Source: Lama guanicoe
Lineage: Eukaryota
Direction: 5' to 3'
Assembly: GCA_013239625.1 (NCBI GenBank)
Contig: MU054212.1
Coordinates: 9,348,898 to 9,412,897 of the forward strand
Length of the DNA stretch: 64,000 nt
The notes beneath the pieces were generated by a model that saw only the letters and a list, made by a program, of their open reading frames with translations, was not told the DNA's origin and did no database searches. The position numbers and the translations under genes are program-made. This document shows, in pieces, positions 1 to 15,264 of the stretch. Each line of letters starts with the position of its first letter. Within the stretch, counting starts at the first letter, position 1.

Positions 1-107
1 GAACTTTATATAAATGACCTCATATTGTGTAATTTGCTTTTTTGTTCAACATTATATTCACAGGATTAATTTATGTTGCACATAGTTATATTTCATTTCT
101 TTTCACT

Positions 108-672
108 GATATTTCAGTCAGGGTTTAGTTAGTTGTTTTACCTGAGACTGTTCAGTGTAACGACTTGTTAAATTGCTGCTAGAGAACTGGAAAGCAAAAA
201 GGCACACTGAGTTCTCTTGTAGATAATAACTGCAAGAAAAAAACCACCATCCTCGGGCTGGGAAAACAGACAGAACAAGTTGGAATTATTAAAACCTAGA
301 AGCTTGGAAGAGGAGCCGCTTAGAGCTGGAACTTGGACCTCTGATGGGGAGTCAGCCTGACTGGCCCTGCTCTCCCTGATGGAGACAATCTAAAGGCTGG
401 TTCTGCCAGGGCTGGAAAAATTACAAACTGGAATCAGCCGTTCTTGCCAGGGTGAAGATCTCTGACAGGAGTGACTCAGACAGAAACAGGAAGCAAGTAG
501 GACAGAGTCTGTCCTTTCTTCCTCTAAAAATCTCTAGTTCTTCCTGTTGGCAGAGTTTAACAGAGAACCATGAAGGAGAAGAGAGGTTTCCAGAACCTCA
601 GCCTCAGCATCACAGAGCAGAGCCTGGAAGGGTGGGATTGAAGAAGAATGTCTGTAGGTAACAACCAGTAGC
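108..672. mobile_element. ERVL/MaLR-like solo LTR interrupting an old antisense L1 3' UTR
   Basis: Starts tgatatttcagtcaggg (MLT-like terminus). L1-like text (tttcactg ... ttccactgtataaatacaccacag) resumes on the far side. Confidence 0.5.
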
Positions 673-1569
673 TGCAGAGTTCCACTGTATAAATACACCA
701 CAGTTCAACTGCTCTCTGATTGACAAACATTTGTGTTCTCAGGTTTTTGCCTAAACACAATGCTGCTGAAATTCTTGCCTATGTGCAAGGGTTTCTCTTG
801 TTCATTCACTACACCACTACTAAAATTTCTTTTAACAGGTTTTCAGCAACTTTAACCATTGTCAAATCTAGTGACTTCTTTTTATATTCTGTTTAACTTT
901 TTTGGTCATTAGCACTATTTACCCCACATTCTTCTTAAAACTTTTTTCTCCCACAATGTTGTATTCTTCTGATTCTTCTCTTGTCTTTTCAAATACCAAT
1001 TTTAATTTATTTGCTTGGATTAGTAGATGATTTTTAAAAACTAATATTTTTTAACTTTAAAGAAAACTTTAAAACATAGAAAAGTCTAAAGAAAATAAAA
1101 ATCTTAACATCAACAATAACATTTTTAATCTTCGTGTTTTTCTCTGACTTGAGAGTCAGACCCACATTTCTACCTTCTTACCTAAACACTTCTATGTGAG
1201 TGTCCTCCTGGCATCTTAAATTAACCATACCTAAAATCTACAATCAAATCCATTTAATTTTTTTTTTACCATCTCCTTTTGTCCATCTCCTTTTTCTCCC
1301 CTGTCTTTTCCATCTTTGGCTATCAGTAATTCCAGGATTCACTTTAGGGGTCTTGGATTATTCCTAGCTACCTGAAGTAGTTGGACTAACCTACTTTGTG
1401 GTTACACAAATGCCAAGGTTGTTGTTTTTTTTTCTTTTTTTAAGAGAAACATGTTTTCCCTTTTACATGTTATCTCCAGTTCCCTTGTGAATCCCTGGGC
1501 TTCATGGTCTTTACCCCTCTTAATGATATTTAAGTACTGGGAGAACCTTTTATAGCACAAAAGATAGGA

Positions 1570-1785
1570 TAGTACAGTAGGTAAGAATACAGACTTTGGA
1601 ACCAATGCTCGAGTCTTGATTCTGCTACTTAGTTGTTACAATTCTAGGCAAGATATGTACCCTCACTGTAGAATAGGAATAATGCCTACCTCATAGCATT
1701 GCTGTGAAAACAAAATGGATTAATAAGTATAAAATTCTTAGGATAGCCCTAATAACGCTAGATATAATGTTAGCCATTATTATTA
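1570..1785 (+). mobile_element. MIR SINE
   Basis: agactttggaa...ctacttagttg...ggaataatgcctacctcatagcattgctgtga...gttagccattattatta MIR core and tail. Confidence 0.8.
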
Positions 1786-2245
1786 CTCTCTGTTCTAATA
1801 CTCTTTGAAATGAACCTTTGGATATATTGAGAGCTTAGAAACTGGTGCCTCTGCTGCCAACCTTAGTCTGCCTTTAAGCAGCCTGGGGGCTATGGTGTAG
1901 GACAGACTCTCAGAATCTTCCATTAGGTGTTTGTTTCTGTGACATTCACAAAGGGAAGGTTGCTTCCTTAATACTCCCTCATATTTTAGCAGGCACATTT
2001 CTGCCTTTGAGTTCTTTCCGTGTGCTTTTCAGCGTAAATTCATGATGTCCCCTGGTGGACAGATAGTTCCTTAGCCTGTTTTGAGTTCACAGTAGGTTTA
2101 AATGAAGCAGGTAAATGGTGTTCTACCAGATAAAAGAGATCTAAGAAATTTTACCTCCTGTGCTTATTTTAAGAGCTTTCTCGACAAGTCTTAATAATTG
2201 TTGTTAGTAAAAGTTAATCTGAAGGATTTTTTTTATTTGTTTTAG

Positions 2246-2341
<96 letters not shown>

Positions 2342-5300
2342 TAAGACAAACTTTATATGAAATGCATTACTGTACGAGAAAGAACAGCTTTTTGAAAATA
2401 GAAAATTGCAAATATGTTCTGATGTCCTTGTGTCATTGATCTTACGGGAACAAAGATTTTTTTCAAAAAAAAAAAAGCTATTCTGTGGTGCCAAGTAGAG
2501 TTTTCATTATCTCAAATATTATTTTTTGTTTTGGGAGATCATTTAATTGTTAAACACTTAATTTATGATCATCTCACAACACTTTTTAACCACGTAGATG
2601 GCTGTAGATGTCCCTAAAGCTATTACAATTAGTTTGACTCCATATAGTTAGTAATAGTCCTGCATTGTGCCATTGCTGTCCTGAGTGATATAATTTCAGT
2701 TGCCAGGCTTAGAGCATACCTGAAATATTAGAGCATATTGATTTTGTTTCAATCAACTTCTGCTTTCTAGCAAAGTGCTAGATTCTTGGTAAAGGGTCAG
2801 TGTGTTAGTACATACTAAGATTGATATTAGTACAAATTTGACTGCTAAAAAACCCCATTATTACTATATTTACTGTTAACATATAGGTATATGGGAATAA
2901 TGTATCCTTGTTTTCTTTTTTAACTAATAACACTTTTCAATAAATAGAGAATAATGAAAAAGTACTAATAGAGGATTATTAGGAGGCTGAAGTTTTGAAA
3001 GTTGTTTTCATTCATGTCTTTTCAGTAAAAATTGGACATAAAGAATGGAGATTGTTTTAGTTGTGATAAAGGCCAAACCAAATGAGAAAATGTCAGAAGA
3101 CTTAAAAAATCTCATGTATTCCTACGTCATATTCAAGTATAGCATACTTAAGAATTTCAACTACTATGCACAAGTGCAAAGCATTCTTTCAAAAGCACAG
3201 CCTTTTTTTTTTTTTCCATAAAAACACGGCCTTGACTTTAGCGGTGTAAGCGGGAAAACCGTATGTGTCCAAATTCCAAGACTGGCTTACCTGTATCTTG
3301 GAGGAATCCGTTGAGAACCTAGCTGTGAGATCCTCTTTAGTCAGTGTCTTTATTGGTGCTCTCTATGAGAGAATAAAAAAGATGCCTGTAAGATTTATTG
3401 CTGTTTCTAAATAAGAATAAATGTTAATAGAAGATATAAATAAAATTCAGACTTGGCATAAGAGGTTGGGAAATGGTTTCATTCAAACAGGATAAAAGAC
3501 CGTAGTGACACAGACAGGTTATTATATGCCTAGGATAAAAATAAATTAGAAATTCATTTTAGGGAAAGGCTTACTGGTTAGGCCCAGTCCATTAAAAAAA
3601 AAAGCATGGTTTATAGTTAAATTTAACTTGAACATGATCAAGCAATATTTTATGCTATTTGGCAAGAAAACAAATAGATAAAAACGCCTAATAATGAGTT
3701 TTTAATCTTTCAGTGTCTCCTTAATAATATGACCAGAAAGCTTTTTCACTGTGTTAACTACACTTATAAAATAATAGAATACATACACAAATCAAAATTT
3801 ACAGGTTAATGGATAACAGATACTAAAAGGTAAATTAGGAATATTATGAATTACTTAGTTTGTAGAAGAGAGTATTAAGAGATGACTTGATATATGGGTT
3901 TCAAGTAACTGAGGGGACTTCCCTGAGGTGTCCAGCATTGATTTACATTTGCAGAAGGATAAGTGGAATATTGATTAATCTTTCTAAGAGGTATTAGGAT
4001 AGAGAAAATTCTTTTTGTTCAAGATTGTTGAATGAAGTGACCTCAAAAAGTCTTTTACAGTAAAATTAATGAATTGTTTGCGTGGATGGGAAAAGTAGTG
4101 TCATTTATTGGGACTTGAAAAATGAATGGCTCTGCAAAATATTGTAGCTTGTGCTGAAAGATGGTGACAGTTCTTTATTTATGCACTTGCATCTTTTTAC
4201 TGAGATCTTTTAAGATGGGGAGGGGTACCATAGACTAATGCACAGACTGTATCATAGCTTATTCCTTAAAGGAAAAAAAATGTTTAAATAATCTTGGCCA
4301 CAATTGCAGTTTTTGTTGTATATGAGCCATATTCTAAGTAGCCTAAAAAAACCTGCACTATTTCATGTCCTAAGCCCACACTGTGAAATAATGCATGGTT
4401 CCCCAGTGAATACTTGTGTACTAACTCATTCGAGGACAGAGTTCTTTTTTAGGCTCAGATACTCTGATTTTTCCCAGAGGACAGTTTGCTATTTCAACTT
4501 GACATTTCTCAGAAGAAAAATAGAAAATGTAGCACCATTAGTTTCCCATTGCAAAATGAGTAGATCATCATTATTTTATATTTGTTCTGGCCTTTTATTT
4601 TATTAAACTAATCATAACTTTTTGGGTCATAATTAAATGTGCATTGCAGTACAGTAAGAAAATTAGGCTTTAATTTTTTAGTGACTTAGTTTTTTGTCTT
4701 CCCATTTGGGGTCTTTATGAATTTGGAGGGGGTTGATAAACAATTTATAATAGGTTACAAAGTAAATTTCAAGAGAGGATAAGGAAATTTTAAATTGCTT
4801 TAGGTAGAAAGGCATTCTCTGAACTTTATGTATCTTGACCCTGTAGAACAGTTAGTTTACCGAACTTCATTCTCAGATTGCTGATTCTGAGCACTACAAT
4901 TGAGAGAATATTTTTTGAGTGACTAGCGTGTGCTCAACAATCTTTTTCTTAGATCTGACCAGGTACTACTTCCAAGAAGAGGTTAATTTTTCTATAGCAT
5001 TTTTTACCCCTTCTGCATGGCCTCTGGAAGCCTGTGCAGTGCCATATGAACGGGGATAGCCTCCTCTGACCTTGCTGCATCTACTCAGACTTAACGGTTG
5101 CTTGATCTACTCGGTTATGGTTGGGCCACATTTGGGTTATGAAAAGTTAAAAGACCACAGTTGTCGGTATATGCGACATGCAAGTATATGTAGTAACTTT
5201 TCAGTCTTTTCTCAAGCAGTTTTCTTTTTTTTTTACACATGGGCTTTATGTATACTGGTTATTCTCTTTCATGGTTTATTTGTATGTGCCTGTTGTGATG

Positions 5301-5619
5301 GATTCAGATTTCTTAGATCTGAAATCAATAGGAGAAAGGAAGAATCATTGAGCTCAGGGAAGAGTGAAGAGCAGAGGTTACTAGAAATTCTTACAAGATT
5401 ATTTAGGTTGCCTTCTCAAAATTGGAACTATAGCTTGAATTATGACATTGAGATTTGAGTATTATTAAGTTAGTACTTAATAACTGAAGATGGTTATTCT
5501 TACCATATTAATTATCTGGTTTTGATCAAAAAACAATTATTGAATATTTGCTACATGATGATGTACTTTTTCAAAGCATTTGTGGAAGAGATAAACAGAC
5601 ACAAAAATATTGTCCTTTG

Positions 5620-6745
5620 AAAAAAAAAGGGGATGATGGAACAAACTGCAAGCTCTGGATGTTTCTTGAATCAGAGAGCTCAGTTCACATGCAGAGCAAC
5701 CAACTAACCCGAAATCTCAGAAGAGATGTCCCTATAGGGAAAGCTGAGATGTGAGCGCTAGCTTACGTGGGGCAGACACAGCTAGAAATGGGTAAGAACA
5801 TTTCACTGCAGTAGGTAACAAATTGGTGGAGGCCAGATGTGGACAGGTAAGAATAGGAAGCTCCCTAGGGCAGCAAGTATAGAGCAGCTTCAACTCTATT
5901 GCAGGCTTTTTCTCTATAGGCCCAACATGTTGAGAGGCCTGATAAAACACCCCTCTTCGCGCAGGCATGGGAGGAGGAACAGCAGTTGTAATGGAAGGAG
6001 CACAAAATCTTTCCTGGATCCTTCTCCTGTAACTTTTCTGTGTAGCAAACCCAATAAGTTTAGGAAGAGGGCTTCCATAAAATATAGCTCATATATAGCA
6101 CTGGTGAAAGCCACTGAAGCTGGAGGTAGGCAGAAAATAACTTAGAGGGAGGGCAGGGTTACATGCTGGTCATAGAACTATAGAAGAGAGACTGGAGCAT
6201 TTCTAAGACCCAGGCATACAAAGTCTGCTTAGCACGACCTAATTAGAATAATAGAGAGCACCACTCCAACCCAGACCCCCTACCATCAGGCTAATAAGTA
6301 CCTAGTAAAAGTAACAGTTGAATACTAATGAGAACCTCAGAAGAAACAGACCCTCCAGGAGGGAAGACCTAAAGCTGAGGGTGGAGCAGACATTGAGGAA
6401 AACATCTGGTCCACCTGAAGGGAGGTTATGCCTAGAGGAATTTGAAGTCTGTGGTGTACTGAGGGTAACCATAGCAACAGTAAACCTGAAACCTGCCTAA
6501 CATGTGATTACATAAAGCCCCTGCACTAAAAACCTAGCCAAAGGAAAGGTCTGCCCATTACCAAGTGTGGGAATGATTTGCCTCAGTCTCTGCTGTCCTG
6601 CCTAAGATATCCAGATATGCATGAAACTGTAGGTATATGGAAGGCAAGAGAACACAACATACTGGAAAGAGATAAAGCAGCAGAAGCAGATGCAGGTGGA
6701 GTGATCTGATGAGGAATTTAAAATAATTGATTAATACGTTAAAAA
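5620..6745 (+). mobile_element. Old L1 (L1M-type) 5' region fragment
   Basis: Resembles L1M 5' UTR leading into ORF1 (gaggaatttaaaataattgattaatacgttaaaa). Confidence 0.5.
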
Positions 6746-6747
6746 CT

Positions 6748-7582
6748 GTATTAGTTGTCTGTGGCTGCCTAACATCACAGAATTTTAGCAGTTTAAAATC
6801 CTAGTAAGCTTCCTAGAAGCCCCATTATTTGAGAGGATTTGTGAGGCCCAAACTTAATCTCTTTTGTCTGACTCTCTTGAGTCAACTTTGATGTTTCTGA
6901 GGTCTTAAACAGAAGTTATTACCTTGGCTTTATCTCCAGAGCATGTTTTTCCTGGCAGTATCCTGGTTTTGAGATCTGCTCAGAAGACATTTCTTAATTT
7001 TAGCAGTTTTGCTATCTGGGAATTTCTGAAAATCCTGTCTCATTTTGGTGTAATAGTCTTTCCTTCAATTTGTATCTCTCTTCTCCCAATTTACTATGAG
7101 CACCAGGAAGAAACCAGCCAGTTCTTTCAACACTTTACTTGGAAATCTCCTTAGATTAGTTACCCAGTTGATTAGGCACATTTCCTCCTTTCCACATTAC
7201 TAAAGATGATAGTGTTGGTAAACTTTCTGCCATCATATGCCATACTTCCCCTTCCTACAAGTTTCCAGTGATGTCTTCAGTAACGTCTCAGCCGAGTTTC
7301 TCAGTTCCTTGCTGACCATTGGCTGGAGGCCTTCCTCTGTTTCTTATTTCAAAGGCTTTTCTGTATGGTTGCCTACAACTTGGCAACTGGCTCTCATCAG
7401 AGTGAGCAAGAGTAATCAAGACAAAAGTCACTATCTTTTGGTAACCTAACTTCAGAAGTTACATTCAGTCAGTTTTGATAGTCATTACATCTATCCTATA
7501 TACAAGGGTAGGGAATTAAACGAGGACATGTATACCAAGAGACATGGGCCACTGGGACCCATTTTAGAGGCTGGCTGCCACA
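6748..7582. mobile_element. MaLR (MLT1-type) LTR
   Basis: TGTATTAGTT...ggctgcctaac start and gggacccattttagagggctggctgccaCA end are typical MLT1 termini. Confidence 0.7.
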
Positions 7583-8560
7583 ATAACTTTGTGATGTTCC
7601 TAAATTTACTTGTTCTAATATATTTTCTGTAGATTCCTCAATATTTTCTACATACACAATCATATCATCTGCACATAAAATTTTACTTCTTTCTTTACAA
7701 TTTCTATGCATCTTACTTATTTTCTTGCTTTATTGCACTGGCTAGAACCACCAGTCATTATTGAATAGAGAGTGGTATAATAGTTGACACTCTTCCATTA
7801 TTCCTGAAGTACAAGGAAGGGGACAAAGTTTTGTTTTCTCATCCTTACAGATGTGATACTGTAGGTATTTTATAGATGCTATTTATTAGAATGAAGTAGT
7901 TCCTTCAGTACTAGAGTGTAGAGAGTTTTTATTGTGAATAGGGTGAACTTTGACAAATGCCTTTTCTGCATTTAGAGATGATTATGTAAGATTTCTCCTT
8001 TATTCTATTACCCTGGTGAATTACATCAATTAATTTTCAACTCTTAAATAGATCTTGCCTTCCTGGGCTAAACCGAACTTGGATGTATTTTGTTTTTGTA
8101 ACTCTAGATTTGTTTTTTAGAATTTTTCAGCTATATTTATTAGATAGATTGGACTGTACTTTTTGTTTATAAGTCCTTAGTATTAAGATTATGGCTGTTT
8201 CATAAAATGTGTATATTCTTGAAAGAAATAACCAGTGAATATTGAAATGTTAACTTTTGTGGTTCAAGTTTAAACATGAATTTAAATGATAAGCTATCTT
8301 ATGGGTTTAAGTGTTATATATCGTTCTGTCTCTTATGCTTTGTTCCTTGGAAAATGTGTTTTATTCTTGGAGCTTTTAAAACAACATGTATTTTTATCAG
8401 TTTTGTCTATACCTAATCTCTCTTCCTGTATTCAAATTTATTTTTGTCATTTCCATTTTTGGTATCTTCATTACTATATTAATTTTAGAGTACACCATGC
8501 ATTCCACCTTTCATCTCAGATTTCTTGTTTTACCTAGAGTCTTTAACCACTTATAATTTA
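7583..8560 (-). mobile_element. L1 ORF2 fragment (antisense)
   Basis: Minus-strand peptide ILCADDMIVYVEN matches the L1 RT motif LFADDMIVY. Confidence 0.85.
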
Positions 8561-8619
8561 CTTAAAGGGAAAGAAAGTCATTTCTTAATAGGAATACAGT
8601 ATACAGTTCCATTTTTTAA

Positions 8620-9320
8620 GATTTTTTTTATTTTTTTCAATTTTTTTAGTGAGGTACAGTTGATATACAGTATTATATAAGTTTCAGCTGTTCAACATAG
8701 TGATTCACAATTTTTAATGGTTATATTCCATTTATAGTTACGAAATATTGGCTGTATTCCCTGTGTTGCACAGTATATCTTTGTAACATATTTATTTTAT
8801 ACATAGTAGTTTGTACCTCTTAATCCCTTACACTTAGTTTGCCCCTTTGCTCTCCCCACTGGTAACTACTAGTTTGTTCTCTATATCTGGGAGTCTGTTT
8901 CTTTTTTGTTATATTCTCTAGCTTGTTTTATTTTTTAGATTCTACATATATGTAATACCATACAGTATTTGTCTTTCTCTGTCTTATTTCACTTATCATA
9001 CTGTCCTCCAAGTCCATCCATATTGTTGCAAATGGCAAACTTTTATTCTTTTTTATGGTTAAGTAGTATTCCATGGTGTATTTACCACATCCTCCTTAGC
9101 CATTCATCCGTTGATGGACGTTTAAGTTGAGTCCCTGTGTTGGCTACTGTAAACAGTGCTTTGATGACCGTTGAGGTGCATGCATCTTTTCGAATTAGTG
9201 TTTTTGTTTTTTTCAGATATACCCAGGCATGGAATTGATGGTTCATATGGTAGCTTTATTTTTAGTTTCTTGAGAAACTTCCACACTGTTTTCCATAGAA
9301 GCTACACCAATTTGCATTTT
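8620..9320 (-). mobile_element. L1 3' end (laurasiatherian type) with poly(T) tail
   Basis: T-run, then gaggtacagttgatatacag...catagtgattcac...ccattcatccgttgatggac...agaaacttccacactgttttccatag. Confidence 0.85.
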
Positions 9321-9790
9321 ATTTCTTTTCCTGAGCAATCTATCTTTTCCTGTGTCTGTAATCTCCAGTACAAAGTTGAAGTGGCGAGAGCAGACATCCT
9401 TGGCTTTTTTGTGATCATAGTGGGAAAGCATTCAATCTTTTGCCATGAAATGTGGTATTAGATGCGGGTTTTTTGTAGATGGCCTTTTTCAGGTTGAGGA
9501 AGTTTACTTTTCTTCCTATTTAATGAGTTTTTTTTGAATCATGAGTCACTGTTGGATGTTTTCAAACACCTTCCTGTATTTATTTAGAAGATCATGTGAT
9601 TTTTGTTCTTTATTTTATTTTTATGTTGTAGTATGTTAATTGATGTTTGAGTGTTAAAACAACTTTTCATTCCTGGGCTAAATCCCAATTAGGCATATGT
9701 ATGTTCCTTTTTTTCTTTTTTTTTTTTTAATGTTCCTGCATTATGCTTGCTGGTATTTTGTTGAGGATTTTTGCATCTACATTCATTTGC
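9320..9790 (-). mobile_element. L1 ORF2 fragment (antisense)
   Basis: gggaaagcattcaatc...caggttgaggaagttt...tttgttgaggatttttgcatctacattcat. Confidence 0.85.
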
Positions 9791-12700
9791 TATTGTTTTG
9801 TAGTTCTTAAAACCCTTTTGACATGGATTGCTATGTCCCTATGATTTCTTAAAGCACTGTTTTCCTTTAGACAGTACCTTTTAAATAACAGTGAAGTGTT
9901 AAAATCTGTAGAGAGCATTAAGATGATTTCACTGATATATTTTTTACTGATGAAATATTTCTTTTTTACCATACCTTTACACTTGCTTGAAAACAATATC
10001 CATTCCTGTCTGCTAGATGTCCTGTGAAATCTGTTCCTTCCTTCTCCGAATCTTACCCACTAAGTTAATATTCAGAATTTATAAAATGTGACCAGCATTC
10101 CCTGCTCCCAAATGTGAGATATTAATCAGGGGAAGAAATTTATCTGGTTGACCACTGGGAATGTTTAAGCTGAAACATAAGCCTTCAGAGAATTTCAGTA
10201 CTTTTGGCACAGGTTTCAGCCCAACCACCCAGCTCTAGGTGTATGAATTCTCTTGTTAGATAAAAGTGCATTTTGTGGACTTTTTCAGAAATACTCTCAG
10301 GTGTTAAATGCTGACATTGATGATTTCTTACGTTAAGAACAGACTGTTGTCCTCCTTGTAAATAATTAGCAAGCCACCAGGAGGAATATCCTCTTGTGCA
10401 GAGTTTTAACTTTTCTGTCCTATTAGTCCAGTACTTCCATTTCCTGTATTTAGAGTCTCATTTTGTTAATTAGCTTATTGCTATGCTTTAAATGAGATAG
10501 AGGATTAGGTCTTTTTTTTGTTACTTTGTGGTCTGAGAATGCTTTGATTAAAAATGTAGATCTTGATACCAGATATTTTCTCGTACGTGTGCCTCGTGGG
10601 AAATATCATTGAACATAAATAAGAAGACAGATTTCTGAGTAGCTATCAGATCTTGAGGTTGTTTTATTGGCAAGTCCTCTGCATTTAAAGGCTATATTAA
10701 TATACTTGCTCATATTAACTATGCTAATAGGCCACAGAGAAGCCATGCATATCTTGAGATAGGCCGAGAGAAGTGTTACTCTTTGTGCTTAACACAGCTT
10801 GTTAATTTTATAGCCTTGCAGGGCATAATAAATTCTAAAGTCTAGTCCAATCACAGCAACATAACAAAGGATTTTTTTTAAAGCCCTGTTTAAATAGTGT
10901 AGCAACAAAAATTTTCAAACATACTGCAGAAACTAAATTAAGAAGAGAGTGATTTTTCTAGATAGAGCACTTTAAGTTTTGGGAAAAGCTCATCACAGCC
11001 TCTGCATTGTGGAATATATGCACAAGCATTTTTGCCCTCAATGATCCCTACAGCTTCCCTGAATTATCTTCAGATCCCACAAAGGGAGTAAGTAAATGTT
11101 GGGGTGTATGTTCTGACCTGGCAGGCTCCAGACATACTTTCTGCACTTACTTTAATGTTAACATAAATGTGGCAGTGTACTTTTTTTGTTACCGTTTTTC
11201 AGACTCTGGAAGCTTTGCTCGTTGAAGAAGCAGATCTTTGGGCCATTCCTCATATTTATATGGCTCTTATGAAAGGGACTGAAATGACTGGGGGCCATTG
11301 TTGTTAGGTTCCCTCTGGATATTCCAAACAGAATAAAGTTACTGTGGTTATTTTTTCCTATAGTAGGCATTTAGTGAATGTTTTCTTAATAAGTAAATGA
11401 AAATAAATGTTCTCTTACCACTTACGGATTTTCCTCTTCAGTCTTGTCTTTAAGATTTTACCAGTCTAAACAGGGAGAGATTTTGCCACATATTTTCTCA
11501 CCTTGACAGCACTGATTTATTCTCTCCCTACAGTATATAACATCACCTCTTTCATCTTTATTTTATGCATAATCCTATGAATTCAGCCACTTGTCATCCA
11601 CTTCCTCTTTCATCCCATGACTGTAGCTTTTGCCTAGATTGCAGTATTGTATGCCTTGTACCCTGAGAAAATGCTTGATAACTTCTTTCTTTACAAATAT
11701 TCTATATTTTTAAAGGACATAGATACAGTAGTGGTATATATATCATATAGTGGAAATTATTGAACTTAAGCTGGGAAGAATTTTAAAAATTGTCTAGTCT
11801 GGCCTTTTTTGTTTACAAGTGGGAGTAGTGATGCCCAGAGAAATAGGCACACTTTGCCACAGTCACCATTTGTACATGGTTTTCTGATTTACAGGTTGGG
11901 AGTTTACTTGATCTGGAACAGTTTCTTAGCAAAGGTGTTATAGAAGCTGGCTGATAGATTTGGATGATAGAAATTATTAATGGTTCAAATGTGTGACAGG
12001 TTTAGAAAAATCTTAGAGGCAATGGGGAATTATTGTGAAAGATGTTAGTGCAAGTGTGCCTGAAAGCTCTGACAAGAGAAGGGAAGGCATTGTAAAGAGA
12101 TGGTAACAAGGGAGGCAGGATAACCTGAGAGCACAGTGTGAATCCTCTACATATGTGTGTATTTGTTCTTTGTTACGTTGTGTGGACTCCTTGTAATTGT
12201 ATCAGTGTTGGAGATTATCCTCTTAGAAAGATGCGCCTGAGTCCCAGTCATGAGTCTTGTGGCATACTAAACAAATAATAAGAGTTGAGGAAATGATTTG
12301 GATGTCATGATAAGCAAAAAGTGAACCTTTTTTTTTGAAACTACTGTATACCATGCACTTTCACACAAAGTATTTCAAAGACCAAGATGCAGTCAAGTCT
12401 TGAACATTCATAATTCGAATTTTCATTCTGTTATCTCCTTGACTTTAATTTCTCCACTAGAAGGCTAGCAACAAAGGAAAGGCTGTGGAGTTCATGTTAT
12501 TCAGAAATTGCTCTGGTAGAGCATGGGTGTGGAAGGAAGTAAACTTAGGAGCCCAAAGAAAAGACTTGGATTTCCTGTGGATTTCACTCACCCTGTGTGA
12601 TCTTATAGAACAAATGTGCTGTACTCTCCTTGGAGAATTAAGCACCAGTAACAGAAATGCAAGGCTAGCATCTTTGTTCACAAAGTAACGTGAAAACTAG

Positions 12701-13411
12701 GATTGTCATTTTAAGGTAAGTTTTAATTTTGTTGTGTAGGTTTTTTTTTTTTTAATTTTTCACCTCCGTGCTCTTGTCAGAAACCACCCCTTTTTGATTG
12801 GTTTGAGTTGGAGTACTTTTCAGAGTTAAGCATTAACGATGCATATTTTTGGTCATTGTTTTTAGCTTTATAATTCTTTTTGAACTAAGAATAAATGTGC
12901 AGATGCTTTTTATATTAATTCCATTTTACAGTTCCAGTTCAGTATTTAAATGCTACTGAGGAGTGCAGGGTATTCGTACCAGGAAAAAGTAAAATTGCCC
13001 ATGTATATTTACTGAAATATTTAAGACATATATATGTTATTTATGTTTTGACAGGATTTAAATAGAAGTATGAAAAAGACCTAAGTCGAAATATATTGTG
13101 CCTGTTTTAATAATAAAGAAATAAAACCTTTGTTTTAAAAATGGGTTATTTTTCTGTCCTGGATCATAATTGGGAGCCTATAAAGTGTAGGACTTTTCAT
13201 GTTTTAGGATAATTCTGAATATTGGAAACATTCTTGATGTAAAAATCACATACATATTTTATTACAAAGGTATGGAATACTACCTTATGAAAAGTTAATT
13301 TAAAACATTTTGAAAACATAAGGTATCCCTGAAAAAAGCAGCATGCCCCTGGAAGAAATCTAGTTTTGGTAAACCACAACTGTAGACACATATTTTATTT
13401 TATTCTCATAG

Positions 13412-13585
<174 letters not shown>

Positions 13586-15264
13586 TAACGTGCAGAAAGT
13601 TTGACTCTTTTATGAAGAAAATGTAAACTTCAGAGAAATAATTGTTCTAATTTATAACAGGGAATAAATCTGCATGGGCTGCCATTTCTAGGCAATCAGA
13701 ACGACACTTAACAGCATGTGCTGGTGCTTCCTTGGTGCTTGATACAGCCATCCAGCTGGTCTGCGGCTGCTGTTACATTGTGGAGCACATATTTGTCAAC
13801 TAAAAGAGGCAATAAGAATTTTGGGCATTAAAATGTAGTGTTGGAACTTTATTAAATTCTGTTCCACTACTGTAATTGAGCCTGAAACCTCTTTGTCTTT
13901 GGCATGCTTTCCAGCTAGAACTTTGACAGCTTAAAGGAATTCTACTCTGAAATCATTAAAAAAAAAAATCAGTTGTTATTTATAGATGATGTAATTGATA
14001 AATATTTATAGTGCAACATAATACCACCAAAGTATTCTCATGGAAGAGAAGACTTTTGGGTTTAGAATTAGAGAGCCAGATGCATAGCCTAGAATATTTA
14101 CTAGCCAGCCCTGGACAGAAGAGTTTGCTTACCTCTGAATCTACCTTATAAGCTAAAGAGAAAAGGGAAAGGCGTATGGATAAAGTCAAAGACTTGGACA
14201 TGCGTCATAGACCTATTTTGCATTTGGTGTAAAAGGATTTGACTTGAGTATTTATTATTGTTATTGTGAGTGAAGATTGGAGTAAATGTTAGACCATTTT
14301 CAAACATTGAAATGGTTTAGTTAGTGTGATTGGTTTAAGATTTTTTAAATCACCGAAAGATAAATGGTATTTGTGGACCTCGTCAAAGAAAAAAGAAAGG
14401 AAGATATGATCAAAAAACAGTGACATCCATGGTTTTTATTGCAAGTAGATTGCTCAGGTACAAATCTCCTTTACCAGCGTAAACCTCTCAAAGGTTGATA
14501 CAGGTGATTTATAAAACTTAGAAACATAAAGCAAGGATATAATTTAAAACAGTATAATTTTAACTACAAATACATTTACCTATCATATAAGAATGATTCA
14601 GACATATATACATGGAATCAGATAACTTTAAATTATTTTAAAGTTTGTTTCTGTATGAGGAACTATACTTCTGTATGAGGATACTGATTTTTGGCATTTT
14701 AAAGGTACGTTATACTAATTTATGGGTGTTTTGTTTTAAAAGTTCTAATAACTGGATTTATTGATCAACAATACAAGCACAGATCACCCCTTAGCAAAAA
14801 AAAAAAGAAAAGATATTTTACATGTTTGTATTTGGATCAGGCTTTTAAAGGATTTGTTTTTATATTAAATAGGGAATTTATTACTAAAATATAAAAATTC
14901 CTGGTAATTTTAAGTCTGAAGAAAGAAAGCTTATTTTCTGAGAACTATGTAAATGAATATGCCATTTACAAAGTCAAGCAGTCTGATGAACCTAGTAGAT
15001 TTTGCCTAGTTAAATGAGTATGAAAGGAGAAAGAAATCTGAAATGTAGAGAGAAATATATCCAATAATAATAATTCTGAAACATATTAGCGTGTAATAGT
15101 ATAAGACACAAAGGATGTGGCCACTAGAAAAGGTGATTAATATATGAGCTAATTGTATTTCCAGAACGTATGTCTCAGGTCAGGATGGTATCAGAAGCTT
15201 GCAGAAGGAAAGTAAGGTCTCATGTTTGCTGACTTCACTGTTTTAGCTGACAAACCAAGGGAAG

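Noticed and set aside
14649..14690. 13-bp direct repeat (ttctgtatgagga x2) with C/D-box-like words
   Set aside because: Too short, no terminal stem; simple slippage duplication rather than a snoRNA or CRISPR-like array.
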